Shown piece by piece: positions 40,754 through 50,493 of a stretch of 64,000 nucleotides of DNA; the first letter of the stretch is position 1, and every line of letters starts with the position of its first letter. The stretch is from an uncultured Acidimicrobiia bacterium (GTDB taxonomy: Bacteria; Actinomycetota; Acidimicrobiia; Spongiisociales; ZC4RG35): NCBI GenBank assembly GCA_963761985.1, contig CAVXIT010000001.1:52003-116002 (forward strand). Reading direction: 5' to 3'. A program made the position numbers and the translations under genes. A model generated the notes under the pieces. The model had not been told where the DNA came from, did not search any database, and worked only from the letters and a program-made list of their open reading frames with translations.

Positions 40754-41238
40754 CCATCCCTGCGATCGACCGCCCGGTCGCACCGAAGGCGTATGGCTAC
40801 TCGACCAAGAAAGAGGGGATGCTCTCCTGGGACGAGGTCCGGGATGCCCTGGCCGCGGCCAACATTTTCTGGATCGGCACCACCCGGCCCGACGGGAGTT
40901 CGCACATACATCCCATCTGGGGCGGCTGGGTCGACGAGACGGGCTACTTCGAAGGCGGTCCCACGACTCGCTGGGGTCGCAACCTCGCAATCGATCAGAG
41001 GATCAGCTTCGGAGTCGATTCGACCGGGATGCATGTCAGCGGCCGTGGATCAGTCACCAGAGGCAAAGCAGGGGAGCAGTTCGACCGCCTGCAGGCGAAC
41101 TACGCAGGCAAGTACGACTACCAGCCCGAAAAAGACGGTGATTTCTGGCGGATCGCGCCAGAGGTGATCATCGCTCTCAAGGTCGGGTCGATGGAGGAGT
41201 TCGCCAACACCCCGACCCGCTTCAGATTCAAATCGTGA
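40744..41238 (+). CDS. pyridoxamine 5'-phosphate oxidase (PPOX/FMN-binding split-barrel) family protein inserted between leuC and leuD
   Basis: 164 aa, split-barrel-like pattern ([20 protein letters not shown]); overlaps leuC by 10 bp and leuD by 4 bp. Confidence 0.65.
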   Translation: MELTIPAIDRPVAPKAYGYSTKKEGMLSWDEVRDALAAANIFWIGTTRPDGSSHIHPIWGGWVDETGYFEGGPTTRWGRNLAIDQRISFGVDSTGMHVSGRGSVTRGKAGEQFDRLQANYAGKYDYQPEKDGDFWRIAPEVIIALKVGSMEEFANTPTRFRFKS

Positions 41239-41831
41239 AGCCGATCAGCACCATCGTCGGTTCGTTGGCTCCGCTCCCCCGCGCCAACGTCGACACCGAT
41301 CAGATCATGCCCAAGAAGTATCTCAAGCGAGTGGAGCGCACCGGCTACGGCGAATTCGTGTTCGCCGAGTGGCGTGAGGCCGACTCGAACTTCGTCCTCA
41401 ATCTCCCCGAGTACCGAAGCGCTCGCATCCTGGTCACCGGTCCCAACTTCGGTTCGGGCTCCTCGCGTGAGCATGCACCGTGGGGCCTTCAGGATTGGGG
41501 TTTCGAGGCGATCATCGCTCCCTCTTTTGCGGACATATTTCGCAACAACTGCACGAAGATCGGACTGCTGCCAGTCGAACTGTCCGAGAAGGAAGTGGCC
41601 TGGCTGATGGAGTTGGCGGAAGCGGACCCGGCCACCGAAGTCGAGATCAGTCTTCCCGATCTAAAGGTGCAAACAGAGGGGTTCAGCGCCGAGTTTGTGA
41701 TCGACCCCTACACCCGCTGGCGGCTGGAGAAGGGCCTCGATGACATCGGGCTCAGCCTCCGCCACACCGACGCCATCTCTGCGTTCGAGACGACTCGCCC
41801 GGACTATCTGCCGGTTACCTCCGGGGGCTAA
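41235..41831 (+). CDS. leuD: 3-isopropylmalate dehydratase small subunit
   Basis: VDTDQIMPKKYLKRVERTGYG..GPNFGSGSSREHAPW. Confidence 0.85.
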   Translation: MKPISTIVGSLAPLPRANVDTDQIMPKKYLKRVERTGYGEFVFAEWREADSNFVLNLPEYRSARILVTGPNFGSGSSREHAPWGLQDWGFEAIIAPSFADIFRNNCTKIGLLPVELSEKEVAWLMELAEADPATEVEISLPDLKVQTEGFSAEFVIDPYTRWRLEKGLDDIGLSLRHTDAISAFETTRPDYLPVTSGG

Positions 41832-42613
41832 CCGAGCGCGATGGCGAGGTCGGGGCGGTCGGTGATCACCGCGTCGACGCCGATTTCAAACAGGCGTTCC
41901 ATCTCGCTTGGCTCGTTGATGGTCCAAACATGAATCAACCTGCCCCACCGATGGACTAGCTCGACGAGCCGACGGCTCACAATCGGAAAGCCGTACCAGG
42001 AGACCGGGACCTGCATCGCCGATGTGGAGACACCGAACGGGTTCCACTTGCCGCTGCGGCTCGACGCGATGGCCCGAATCGTTTCGTTGGTGGCGGTAGA
42101 AGTAGCCACGCGGTTCTCGGTCCAAGACCGGAAGCGCGCGAGTCGCTGGTCCGAGAACGAGCCGACGATCACTCGCGGGTTCAACTCGCGTTCGGCGATG
42201 AGGCGGGCCAGTGGCTCTTCCGTTCCATCGACTTTGAGATCGACGATGAAGCCCGCCTGGGGAAACTGTGCGACGACGGACTCAAATGTTGACACCCGGA
42301 GTCCCTGATCGCGGAACGGGAACTCCTCTCCCCGACGGTGCCGCCAGCCTGCATCGAGCGCGGCCACGTCCGGATACCTGGTTCGGGCCGTGAGCCCTGA
42401 GCCGTCGGTCGTTCGATCGAGGGTTGCATCGTGGAAACAGATCAGTTCGCCGTCCGCGGTGACGCGAAGGTCGGTTTCAAAGAGTTCGACACCGAACTCG
42501 GCGGCACGCTCAAAGCCGAAGGTTGTGTTCTCGGGCCACAGCAGTCGAGACCCGCGATGAGCTACGACCCGCCCACCCGAATGAAAGACAGTTTGCGGGA
42601 AGACGGTTTCCAA
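41828..42613 (-). CDS. glycerophosphodiester phosphodiesterase
   Basis: VAHRGSRLLWPENTTFGFERA, FETDLRVTADGELICFHD GDPD motifs. Confidence 0.8.
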   Translation of the reverse strand: METVFPQTVFHSGGRVVAHRGSRLLWPENTTFGFERAAEFGVELFETDLRVTADGELICFHDATLDRTTDGSGLTARTRYPDVAALDAGWRHRRGEEFPFRDQGLRVSTFESVVAQFPQAGFIVDLKVDGTEEPLARLIAERELNPRVIVGSFSDQRLARFRSWTENRVATSTATNETIRAIASSRSGKWNPFGVSTSAMQVPVSWYGFPIVSRRLVELVHRWGRLIHVWTINEPSEMERLFEIGVDAVITDRPDLAIALG

Positions 42614-42619
42614 GCAGCG

Positions 42620-42912
42620 TTACTGGGCGATGCGGTCCTTGAGGCCCTTGGCGGGTGCGAAATGCACGTACTTTCGAGCCGGAATGGAGATCTCTTGCCC
42701 GGTGGCGGGGTTGCGGCCTTTGCGGGCTGAACGGCTCTTCGTTGCAAAGGTGCCAAAGCCGGAGATGGTGACTTTGTCGCCGGCATCGAGTTCGACCGCA
42801 ATGATTCCCTTGCCCGGATCCGAGTCGAAAATCATGTCAATGATGTCGGTCGCGGCCGCCTGAGTGAGGTCGGCCTTTCTGGCAAGCTTTTGTGCCATTT
42901 CCGTCTTGTTCA
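42620..42912 (-). CDS. hup: HU family DNA-binding protein
   Basis: VNKTEMAQKLA...GFGTFATKSRSARKGRNPATGQEI; probable GTG start (ORF nominally to 43174). Confidence 0.8.
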
Positions 42913-42966
42913 CGGGCCCTCCTTGGGGGTTCTGTGACGCTGGCGCCGCTTGCGCCGCGGCCAACC

Positions 42967-44346
42967 TTAGGCCGGTTCGGCGGGGCGAGGAAAGCTCCCT
43001 ACGACCGGATCCCCTTGTTTTACAACGGTTTTGACCAGGTTTTGGTCGGGCCGGTACCCGAGATGTCGGTAGTTGTCGGACTCGAGCACAACCACATCGC
43101 CCACGTCGCCGACCCGGAGGCGACCCTTCCGCGGCTCCTCCAAGGCAAGCGCCCCACCTCTCGTCGCCGACCACAACGCCTGATCAAGTGTCAGGCCCAT
43201 ATCGAGGCAAGCGACCGCGATGACAAGCTGCATCGAAGAAACGAGGGAACTCCCTGGATTGCAATCGGTCGCCAGCGCGACGGTGGCACCCAGGTCCCAC
43301 AGCAATTTTCCCGGCGCCTGGGGTAAACGCGTCGACCAGGAAGCCGTTGGACACAACACGGCCACGACTCCCGCTTCGGCAAGGCCCCGCGCCTGAGACT
43401 CATCGACGTTCTCGAGATGGTCGGCGGAAACCGCGCCGAGTTCGATCGCCAGTTCCACGCCGCCCGTATTGCCGAGCTGGTTGGCGTGAAGGCGCGGCTT
43501 CAAACCGTGCCGACTGGCGTGCTGAAGCACCCAACGAGCCTCATCGACGGTAAAGGCGCCGCGATCACAAAAAACGTCGCAATAGGTCGCAGCTCGCGCC
43601 GCCAAAGGCAGCATCTGCTCGATGAGCCGGAGATAGCCGGCTCGATCTTTGCCGTATTCGGGTGGAACCACATGGGCACCGAGGAAGGTGACGACGACAT
43701 CGACGGGAAGCGACTCGCCGACTTGGCGCGCGACTTCCAGAGATGCCATCTCGGTGGCGAGGTCGAGGCCGTAGCCACTCTTGATTTCAACCGTCGTCGT
43801 CCCGTGCTCCAACATGCTGCCGGCGCGCTCGATTGCCGAGCGCAACAAGTCAGCCGGAGTCGACTCCCGGGTTGCGGCGACCGTTGAACTTATGCCGCCG
43901 CCCGCTTCGAGGATCTCGACGTAGGTCGCTCCCTGCATCCGCAAGGCGAATTCGTGGCTGCGATCGCCCGCGAACACGAGATGAGTGTGCGAATCGACAA
44001 AGCCCGGAATGACGGCGCGGCCTTCGCATTCGATCGTGGGAAAGTGGCGATAGCGATTTGGCAGTTGCGACTCAGGACCGGTCCAGGTCACACTCCCCTG
44101 TCGGATAGCCAGAGCCGCCTCCTCGATCACGCCCAGTCGGGAACCATGTCGCGGATCGTTGGTCACGAGTTCGGCGATGCCGGTGAGGAGCAGGTCGCCG
44201 GTCGCCGGACGAGTTGACGGCAAGGCCACATCTGCCGCGAGGCGGACGCACGCCTCGCATATGGCCACCCACTTGGGCCCGGCAACCAGGCGATTATCCG
44301 GGTCCTCCGCCCTCCCACAGAATGAGCAGCGAAGTCTGCGGGCCAT
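42967..44346 (-). CDS. hutI: imidazolonepropionase with an N-terminal ClpX-type C4 zinc-ribbon extension
   Basis: FVDSHTHLVFAG and the rest of the amidohydrolase fold; first ~45 aa RLRCSFCGRAEDPDNRLVAGPKWVAICEACVRLA matches the ClpX ZBD consensus CSFCGK...LIAGP..YICDECV; ATG start, no in-frame stop between the domains. Confidence 0.85.
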   Translation of the reverse strand: MARRLRCSFCGRAEDPDNRLVAGPKWVAICEACVRLAADVALPSTRPATGDLLLTGIAELVTNDPRHGSRLGVIEEAALAIRQGSVTWTGPESQLPNRYRHFPTIECEGRAVIPGFVDSHTHLVFAGDRSHEFALRMQGATYVEILEAGGGISSTVAATRESTPADLLRSAIERAGSMLEHGTTTVEIKSGYGLDLATEMASLEVARQVGESLPVDVVVTFLGAHVVPPEYGKDRAGYLRLIEQMLPLAARAATYCDVFCDRGAFTVDEARWVLQHASRHGLKPRLHANQLGNTGGVELAIELGAVSADHLENVDESQARGLAEAGVVAVLCPTASWSTRLPQAPGKLLWDLGATVALATDCNPGSSLVSSMQLVIAVACLDMGLTLDQALWSATRGGALALEEPRKGRLRVGDVGDVVVLESDNYRHLGYRPDQNLVKTVVKQGDPVVGSFPRPAEPA

Positions 44347-44379
44347 GGGCGGGAGGGTACCGATGGTTAACTGATTGCC

Positions 44380-45486
44380 ATGTCCGACCCGGTGCCGCGC
44401 CCTCTCTCGATCCGCGTGCCGCCGGGCTCGGCAGTTGGCGCAGGACGCTTCGCGCAGGCCGGGCTGGCCGGTTACATCGGCGTCGAGCTGATCTCATTTC
44501 TCACCGGTGTGGTCACGCTTGTCCGCTGGAATGACCGAGAACGAGAACTCGCCGCCCCCGCCCCATTCTTCGCCGACGGCTGGGACCTCGGACTGGGGTT
44601 CGCCTACTTTGGCGTGTTCCTCGTATGTGGCATCGCGTGGCTGATCTGGCAATACCAGGCACACACGAATCTCTCCAACCTGACGCAAACCAGATTTCGT
44701 CCCGCGTCCGCGTTCTGGATCCTGGTCCCAGTCGTAAGCCTGTTCCTCCCCTATCGGGCCATCGCCGAGCTGACCCAGGCTGGGGTCGATCGACCGTCGT
44801 TGCGCCGGTGGTGGTGGGCGCTCTATCTGTCGATGAACTTCCTCATCGGGCTCGCCTCCGGTTTCGCCTTGCTGGAAAACCTCTTGGCTTCGACTGCGAT
44901 ACGAGCCGTCGGCGCGGTTCTCGGCATCGGCGCGGCGATCGCCGCGATCCGGGTGATTTCACTCGTCAATACCGGGCTTGAGACTCGACGAATATCGGCT
45001 GGCTGGGTGGCCGGTCCGCCGCCCCTCTCGAGGAAGTTCAGCCTCGTTTGGGCAGGAGCGGCGCTGGTGTCGACCGTGCTTGGTAGTGGCCTGATGGGGT
45101 GGGCTCTTCCCGCGATCGTGCGTGCTATCCCGACGATCCCTGCCACCAATCTCGCATTTGCCGTGGGCGATTGTTTCAACGAAACCGCCGAGGAATTTGT
45201 CGACATCAGTTGCGATGAACCTCACCAGGCAGAGATCTACGAGGTGCTTGACCACCCTGATGCATCGGCCTATCCCGGGGGACAGCTGATCGCCGATTGG
45301 GCCGAGCCTCAGTGTTACGCCCGTTTCGAGTCCTACACCGGCGTTGCCTATCCGGACTCGGCGCTCGAGTTCAACTATCTCTTCCCAACGGCGGCGGGCT
45401 GGCGGGAGGGAGATCGTGAAGTGATCTGCTACCTGTTCGATCCATCCGGGGACGATCTCACCGAGCCTATTGCCAATCCCGCTTGA
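44380..45486 (+). CDS. membrane protein with DUF4328-like N-terminal TM region and C-terminal septum-formation-like Cys domain
   Basis: four TM helices (WWWALYLSMNFLIGLASG), C-terminal CFNETAEEFVDISCDEPH..CYARFESYTG..VICYL. Confidence 0.6.
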   Translation: MSDPVPRPLSIRVPPGSAVGAGRFAQAGLAGYIGVELISFLTGVVTLVRWNDRERELAAPAPFFADGWDLGLGFAYFGVFLVCGIAWLIWQYQAHTNLSNLTQTRFRPASAFWILVPVVSLFLPYRAIAELTQAGVDRPSLRRWWWALYLSMNFLIGLASGFALLENLLASTAIRAVGAVLGIGAAIAAIRVISLVNTGLETRRISAGWVAGPPPLSRKFSLVWAGAALVSTVLGSGLMGWALPAIVRAIPTIPATNLAFAVGDCFNETAEEFVDISCDEPHQAEIYEVLDHPDASAYPGGQLIADWAEPQCYARFESYTGVAYPDSALEFNYLFPTAAGWREGDREVICYLFDPSGDDLTEPIANPA

Positions 45487-45495
45487 TTGGGCCGC

Positions 45496-47169
45496 CTAGC
45501 CCGGCCGGGTTCCCATCGGTACTCGCACCCCGCGCTCTTCGGCTGTCTTCCGCGCGATCTCATATCCGGCGTCGACGTGACGGAGGACCCCCATGGCCGG
45601 ATCGTTGGTAAGAACACGCTCGACCCGAAAAGCACCATCGGCGGTGCCATCAGCCACGACCTGTGCCCCGGCATGGATCGACTTCCCGATCCCCACTCCT
45701 CCGCCATGATGAACCGCAACCCAGGCGGCGCCTGAGGCGGTGTTCACCAAGGCGTTGAGGATCGGCCAGTCGGCAATCGCATCCGAGCCGTCAGCCATCG
45801 CCTCAGTCTCCCGGTAAGGGGAGGCCACGGAGCCCGAATCGAGGTGGTCGCGACCAATCACAATCGGGGCTGCGACACGACCGGAAGCCACCAGGTCGTT
45901 GAAAGCGAGTCCTGCTTGGTGACGTTCGCCGTATCCCAGCCAGCAGATGCGAGCTGGGAGTCCCTGGAACGGAATCTTCTCGGCCGCCATCCGCAACCAA
46001 CGTTGCAAAGGGTCGTTGTCGGGGAACAGTTGCGCGACCGCTCGATCGGTCTCAGCAATGTCGGCGGGGTCACCGGAGAGAGCGACCCATCGAAACGGCC
46101 CGAGGCCCTCACAGAAGAGCGGCCGGATGTAGGCGGGGACGAAGCCCGGATACGCAAAGGCATCCGCGAATCCACCGAGGATCGCTTCCCCGCGGAGGTT
46201 GTTGCCATAGTCGAACACCTCGGCCCCAGCACGTTGCAGATCGACCATGGCCGCGCAATGCTCGGCCATCGCTCGCCGACTTTCGACGATGTATCGCGTC
46301 GGGTCGGCCTCCCGCAGTTCGGCCGCCGCTTCGAGAGTGAACCCGTTGGGGACGTAACCGTTGAGGGGATCATGAGCGGATGTCTGATCGGTCACGATGT
46401 CGACTGGGAGCGCGCGGCGCGCCACCTCGGCAAAGAGATCAGCGGCGTTGGCGACCAAGCCGATCGAAAGCGCCTGTCGTGAATCCCGAGCTGATTCAGC
46501 TTGTCGAAACGCATCGTCGAGATCGGTGGCAAGGACGTCGAGGTATCCGATCTCGAGCCTTCGCTGCAGCCGGGAAGGATCGATATCGACGGCTATCACG
46601 ACTCCACCGTTGAGAGTCACCGCCAAAGGCTGGGCACCCCCCATCCCGCCGACTCCTCCGGTCAGGGTGATAGTGCCGGCTAACGATCCGCCGAAGCGCT
46701 GTTCGGCAATGGCAACAAAGGTTTGATAGGTGCCCTGCAGAATGCCCTGTGTGCCGATGTAGATCCATGAGCCAGCGGTCATCTGGCCGTACATGATCAA
46801 ACCGGCCGCTTCGAGTTCCCAGAAGTGATCCCATGTCGCCCACTCGGGCACCAACAGGGAATTGGCGATGAGAACCCGGGGGGCGAGCGGATGAGTGTTG
46901 AGCACTCCGACCGGCTTCCCCGACTGGACCAGCAGCGTCTCGTCGTTCTCGAGTTCGGTCAGGGAGCGGACGATGGCATTGAGTGCTTCCCGGTTGCGAG
47001 CGGCTTTCCCGCGCCCCCCATAGACGACCAGGTTCTCCGGATCTTCGGCGACCTCCGGATCGAGATTGTTTTGCAAGCAACGCAGCGCCGCCTCCTGGAG
47101 CCAACCCTTGGTGTGCAGCTCGGCCCCGCGATAGGTGGAAGCAAAAGGCAGATCGACCATGGCCGGCAT
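45496..47169 (-). CDS. hutU: urocanate hydratase
   Basis: 557 aa, NAD-binding [10 protein letters not shown], highly characteristic urocanase sequence throughout. Confidence 0.9.
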   Translation of the reverse strand: MPAMVDLPFASTYRGAELHTKGWLQEAALRCLQNNLDPEVAEDPENLVVYGGRGKAARNREALNAIVRSLTELENDETLLVQSGKPVGVLNTHPLAPRVLIANSLLVPEWATWDHFWELEAAGLIMYGQMTAGSWIYIGTQGILQGTYQTFVAIAEQRFGGSLAGTITLTGGVGGMGGAQPLAVTLNGGVVIAVDIDPSRLQRRLEIGYLDVLATDLDDAFRQAESARDSRQALSIGLVANAADLFAEVARRALPVDIVTDQTSAHDPLNGYVPNGFTLEAAAELREADPTRYIVESRRAMAEHCAAMVDLQRAGAEVFDYGNNLRGEAILGGFADAFAYPGFVPAYIRPLFCEGLGPFRWVALSGDPADIAETDRAVAQLFPDNDPLQRWLRMAAEKIPFQGLPARICWLGYGERHQAGLAFNDLVASGRVAAPIVIGRDHLDSGSVASPYRETEAMADGSDAIADWPILNALVNTASGAAWVAVHHGGGVGIGKSIHAGAQVVADGTADGAFRVERVLTNDPAMGVLRHVDAGYEIARKTAEERGVRVPMGTRPG

Positions 47170-47249
47170 TGTGGCTGAAAGTGGCTACGAAACTGAATGC
47201 AATAAACCGTGAAAAGCACGGCTCAGAGCCTTAGGTTTCGGTTCGGCGG

Positions 47250-48035
47250 CTAGCCGAGGAGGTTGCGCAGCGAACGGATCAGGCTGATCGAGGCTTCGGT
47301 CTGTGTCGGGGTCAGCCGTGAACGCCTGATCTGTTGGGCGAGCCGCTCGATCTCTTCGGCCAAGTCCGATGCCTCCGCGAAGGCGGGAGCAAGATCAACC
47401 GGGGGAACGTCGACGATCGAAAGCGAGATCGGCTTGGGCTCGTCGGCCAACGCCGGATGACGCGTATAGGCGGTCGCGGGCATCGACCAAAGCGGGCCGG
47501 GCTCAGGTTCCTGAATCGGGGCCGGCTCGGTGAGCCGAAAGTCGTCGTCGCCGGGCTCAGGTTCGTCAGTCAGCTCCTCGGGCCGATTCGCCTTGGCTAC
47601 TTCGATCAAGTCGCGCAGTCGCTTCACGTTCGCGGGGATCTCGTCGGCGTCGGGCTCATGCACAATCACGGCCGGCTCCGAAGGTGCAACCACAGAGGGC
47701 GCCTCTGTCGGAGCCGGAGACGAGGTCTTGCGTCCTCCGCCAAGGAGCTTGCGGAAACCCTGGGCCGCTTCGGCGAGCGGCTTGCGCGTGAGTTTGGGGA
47801 GGGCTTCGTACGAAAAGGCAAGGGCGTCGTCGGCCGCGAAAACTGCCCGGTCGTCACCCAGGTAGAGCTCGAAACGGTCGCCTTCGATCCGCTCGGCCTT
47901 CACCTGCCCTACGGGCCAACTCCCGAGCACGTCGTCGCCCGAAATGAGCTCGACCTTGCTGCCGGATATTGAGAGTTCGCTCTTCAACCATCCGTCAGGG
48001 TCGGACTCGGTTTGGAGACGTCCGTTGAACCGCAT
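47250..48035 (-). CDS. hypothetical protein: small N-terminal beta-rich domain + acidic/Pro-rich disordered linker + C-terminal helix
   Basis: 261 aa ORF between hutU and hutH, same orientation. Confidence 0.5.
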   Translation of the reverse strand: MRFNGRLQTESDPDGWLKSELSISGSKVELISGDDVLGSWPVGQVKAERIEGDRFELYLGDDRAVFAADDALAFSYEALPKLTRKPLAEAAQGFRKLLGGGRKTSSPAPTEAPSVVAPSEPAVIVHEPDADEIPANVKRLRDLIEVAKANRPEELTDEPEPGDDDFRLTEPAPIQEPEPGPLWSMPATAYTRHPALADEPKPISLSIVDVPPVDLAPAFAEASDLAEEIERLAQQIRRSRLTPTQTEASISLIRSLRNLLG

Positions 48036-48088
48036 TTCGCTCTTTCTGCCCGTTGCTCAACATCTATCGGTCACCCAGTTGGGGCGCT

Positions 48089-49633
48089 TCAGTGTTTCGC
48101 GAACCCCTCGAGAACGGCATCGACCTCTCCAGTGCGGATCAGCTTGGCGACCGCTTCCATCTCGTCGCCGATCATTCGATCAGCGGTAAGTGGCGGAACA
48201 TGGGACCGGATGAGCTCGGCCAGGCTGGCCACGCCCGGACCTGGCCGGAGCGGAAGCCGGAATCCCAAACCCTGGGTCGCAATAAGCATTTCGATGGCAA
48301 TGACGGTCGAGACATTGGTGATGATCTGGCCGAGTTTCTTTCCGGCTCCCCAGCCCATCGAGACATGATCCTCCTGCGAACCGGAGGTGGGAATCGAATC
48401 GACCGAGGCCGGATGGGCCATCACGCGGTTCTCCGCCACGAGGGCGGCGGCGGTGTATTGGGCCATCATGTATCCCGAGTTGAGGCCAGGGGATTCGGCC
48501 AGGAACGGCGGGAGTCCGTTAGATCGTTCCGGGTCGAGCATGCGATCGACTCGACGCTCCGAGATCGAACCCAGTTCGGCGACCGCGATAGCGAGGAAGT
48601 CGAGGATGAAAGCCAGTGGCTCGCCATGGAAATTGCCACCGGACAAGACTTCGTCGTCAGCTGCGAACACGATTGGGTTGTCGACCACCGATCCCAGCTC
48701 TCGCTCCGCGACCAGAGTGGCGTATTCGATCGTGTCGAGCACAGCTCCATGAACCTGCGGTGCGCAGCGAAGTGAATAGGCGTCCTGGACTGCGTGCACG
48801 AAATCTTCGTGATGGCTGGCGTCGATTTCGGATGACTCGATCAGACCGGCGATGCGAGCAGCCGACAAAGCCTGGCCCGGATGGGGGCGAACGCGATGAA
48901 TCTGCGGGAGAAAAGGACGCGACGAGCCGGTCAACGCTTCGACCGACATCGCACAGGCGGCATCGGCAGCTCGGACGAGGCGGTGAGCGTCGTCGATCGC
49001 CAGGCAGGCCATCGCCAACATGCCTTCCGTCCCGTTTAACAGGGAAAGGCCCTCCTTCGCCTCGAGTTTGATCGGCTTCAGCGTTTTTGCCGCTACCGCA
49101 TCGGCCGAGCTGATGACCTCGCCCCCGACGCGTACCGAACCTTCGCCGATCAAAGGCAACGCGAGATGGGCGAATTGAGCGAGATCGCCCGATGCCCCCA
49201 CCGAGCCCTGCGAGGGCACGATGGGGAGGACATCACGATTGAGCAGATCGAGGAGAGCCGCCGGGATCTCGGACCGGACACCAGAATGGCCCTGGCTCAG
49301 GGTTCGCGCCCGCAACAGCAGCATCGCCCGCACCAATTCGTCCGGGACCGGCGCACCCACACCGGCGGCATGGCTTCTGAGCAAGTTCACCTGCAGGTCG
49401 GCAGCCTGCGAAGCGCTCACCCGGGTCGAAGCGAGCGCACCGAACCCGGTGGTGATCCCATACACAACGGCGTTGCTGGCCAAGGCTCTTTCGACTACCG
49501 CCCGAGCGGGGGCCATGCGTTCGGCCACCTCGGGTCCGAGCTCAGCTCGGGCGCCACCGCGAGCCACGGCAACTACATCGCTTATGTGAAGCGGGTCACC
49601 GGTGACCTCGACAGTGGTGACGCTCCCGGGCAT
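48089..49633 (-). CDS. hutH: histidine ammonia-lyase
   Basis: SVGASGDLAQFAHLAL (ASG MIO-forming triad), 514 aa. Confidence 0.9.
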   Translation of the reverse strand: MPGSVTTVEVTGDPLHISDVVAVARGGARAELGPEVAERMAPARAVVERALASNAVVYGITTGFGALASTRVSASQAADLQVNLLRSHAAGVGAPVPDELVRAMLLLRARTLSQGHSGVRSEIPAALLDLLNRDVLPIVPSQGSVGASGDLAQFAHLALPLIGEGSVRVGGEVISSADAVAAKTLKPIKLEAKEGLSLLNGTEGMLAMACLAIDDAHRLVRAADAACAMSVEALTGSSRPFLPQIHRVRPHPGQALSAARIAGLIESSEIDASHHEDFVHAVQDAYSLRCAPQVHGAVLDTIEYATLVAERELGSVVDNPIVFAADDEVLSGGNFHGEPLAFILDFLAIAVAELGSISERRVDRMLDPERSNGLPPFLAESPGLNSGYMMAQYTAAALVAENRVMAHPASVDSIPTSGSQEDHVSMGWGAGKKLGQIITNVSTVIAIEMLIATQGLGFRLPLRPGPGVASLAELIRSHVPPLTADRMIGDEMEAVAKLIRTGEVDAVLEGFAKH

Positions 49634-49650
49634 CTTCCGAGCGTACTCCG

Positions 49651-49720
49651 CAGACGTCAGACATCAGACGTCAGATGTCAGATCCGATCTGATGTCTGAA
49701 ATCTGATGTCTGTAGTCTCC
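49651..49720. repeat. cluster of CAGAYRT heptad direct repeats followed by their inverted copies (stem cagacatcagat / atctgatgtctg)
   Basis: agacgtcagacatcagacgtcagatgtcagat ccg atctgatgtctgaaatctgatgtctg in the divergent hutH / enoyl-CoA hydratase intergenic. Confidence 0.6.
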
Positions 49721-49725
49721 GAAAG

Positions 49726-50493
49726 GTGGCCGTGCACTACCAACTCGAAGCTGAGGTGGCGGTCATCACTCTCGCTCGGCCCGATCGATTCAATTCGGTC
49801 TCGGCGGAGCTGAGCGCCGGGTTGATTGCCGCTCTCGGCCGTGCTGGAGAAGAAGCGCGAGCCGCGATCGTGACCGGGAGCGGCAAGGCCTTCTCCGCGG
49901 GCGCCGATCTATCCGATCTAATAGCTGAATACGACGCCAGCGGGCCCGATCTTCATCGCATCATCGGCGAGCGATTCAACCCGGTTGCCGAGGCGCTGTT
50001 CGGTGCCCGCTTGCCCACAATCGCCGCGGTGAATGGGGTCGCGGCGGGCGCCGGCATGGGCATTGCCCTGGCCTGTGACATTCGCCTATTCGCCCCCCAG
50101 TCCTATCTCCTGTCGGCCTTCATCGGTCTCGGACTCATCCCCGACACCGGTCTCACCTGGCTCCTGGTCAAGCACCTCGGTTTGAGCCGAGCGCTCGAGT
50201 TCACGGTCAGCAACCGCCGCATGCTCGCTGATGAAGCGGAAGAGCTCGGTCTCGGAAGGGCTGTCGAGGGCGACCTGATGGAAGAAGCCCTCAAATTGGG
50301 AGGAGAGCTAGCGAACGGGCCCAAGGCGGCCTACGTGGCGAACCGCGAGATTCTCTGGGAAGCGACCGGGCGTTCGTTTGCCGAGGCGCTCGAGGAGGAA
50401 CGGAGGGTGCAGGGCAAGCTAGGAGTCAGCCCACAGCACCTCGAAGGAATGAAGGCGTTCCTCGAGAAGCGCCCGGCCAACTTTCGCGATTAA
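49726..50493 (+). CDS. enoyl-CoA hydratase/isomerase family protein
   Basis: crotonase fold motifs (GSGKAFSAGADL, AAVNGVAAGAG). Confidence 0.8.
   Translation: MAVHYQLEAEVAVITLARPDRFNSVSAELSAGLIAALGRAGEEARAAIVTGSGKAFSAGADLSDLIAEYDASGPDLHRIIGERFNPVAEALFGARLPTIAAVNGVAAGAGMGIALACDIRLFAPQSYLLSAFIGLGLIPDTGLTWLLVKHLGLSRALEFTVSNRRMLADEAEELGLGRAVEGDLMEEALKLGGELANGPKAAYVANREILWEATGRSFAEALEEERRVQGKLGVSPQHLEGMKAFLEKRPANFRD

Noticed and set aside
39482-40990. 502-aa minus-strand ORF
   Set aside because: It is antisense to leuC and the PPOX gene, with junk R/G/P composition.
49651-49720. Repeat cluster as a CRISPR array
   Set aside because: The units are 7-12 nt with no spacers, far too short. There are no cas genes and no repeat-spacer periodicity anywhere in the window.
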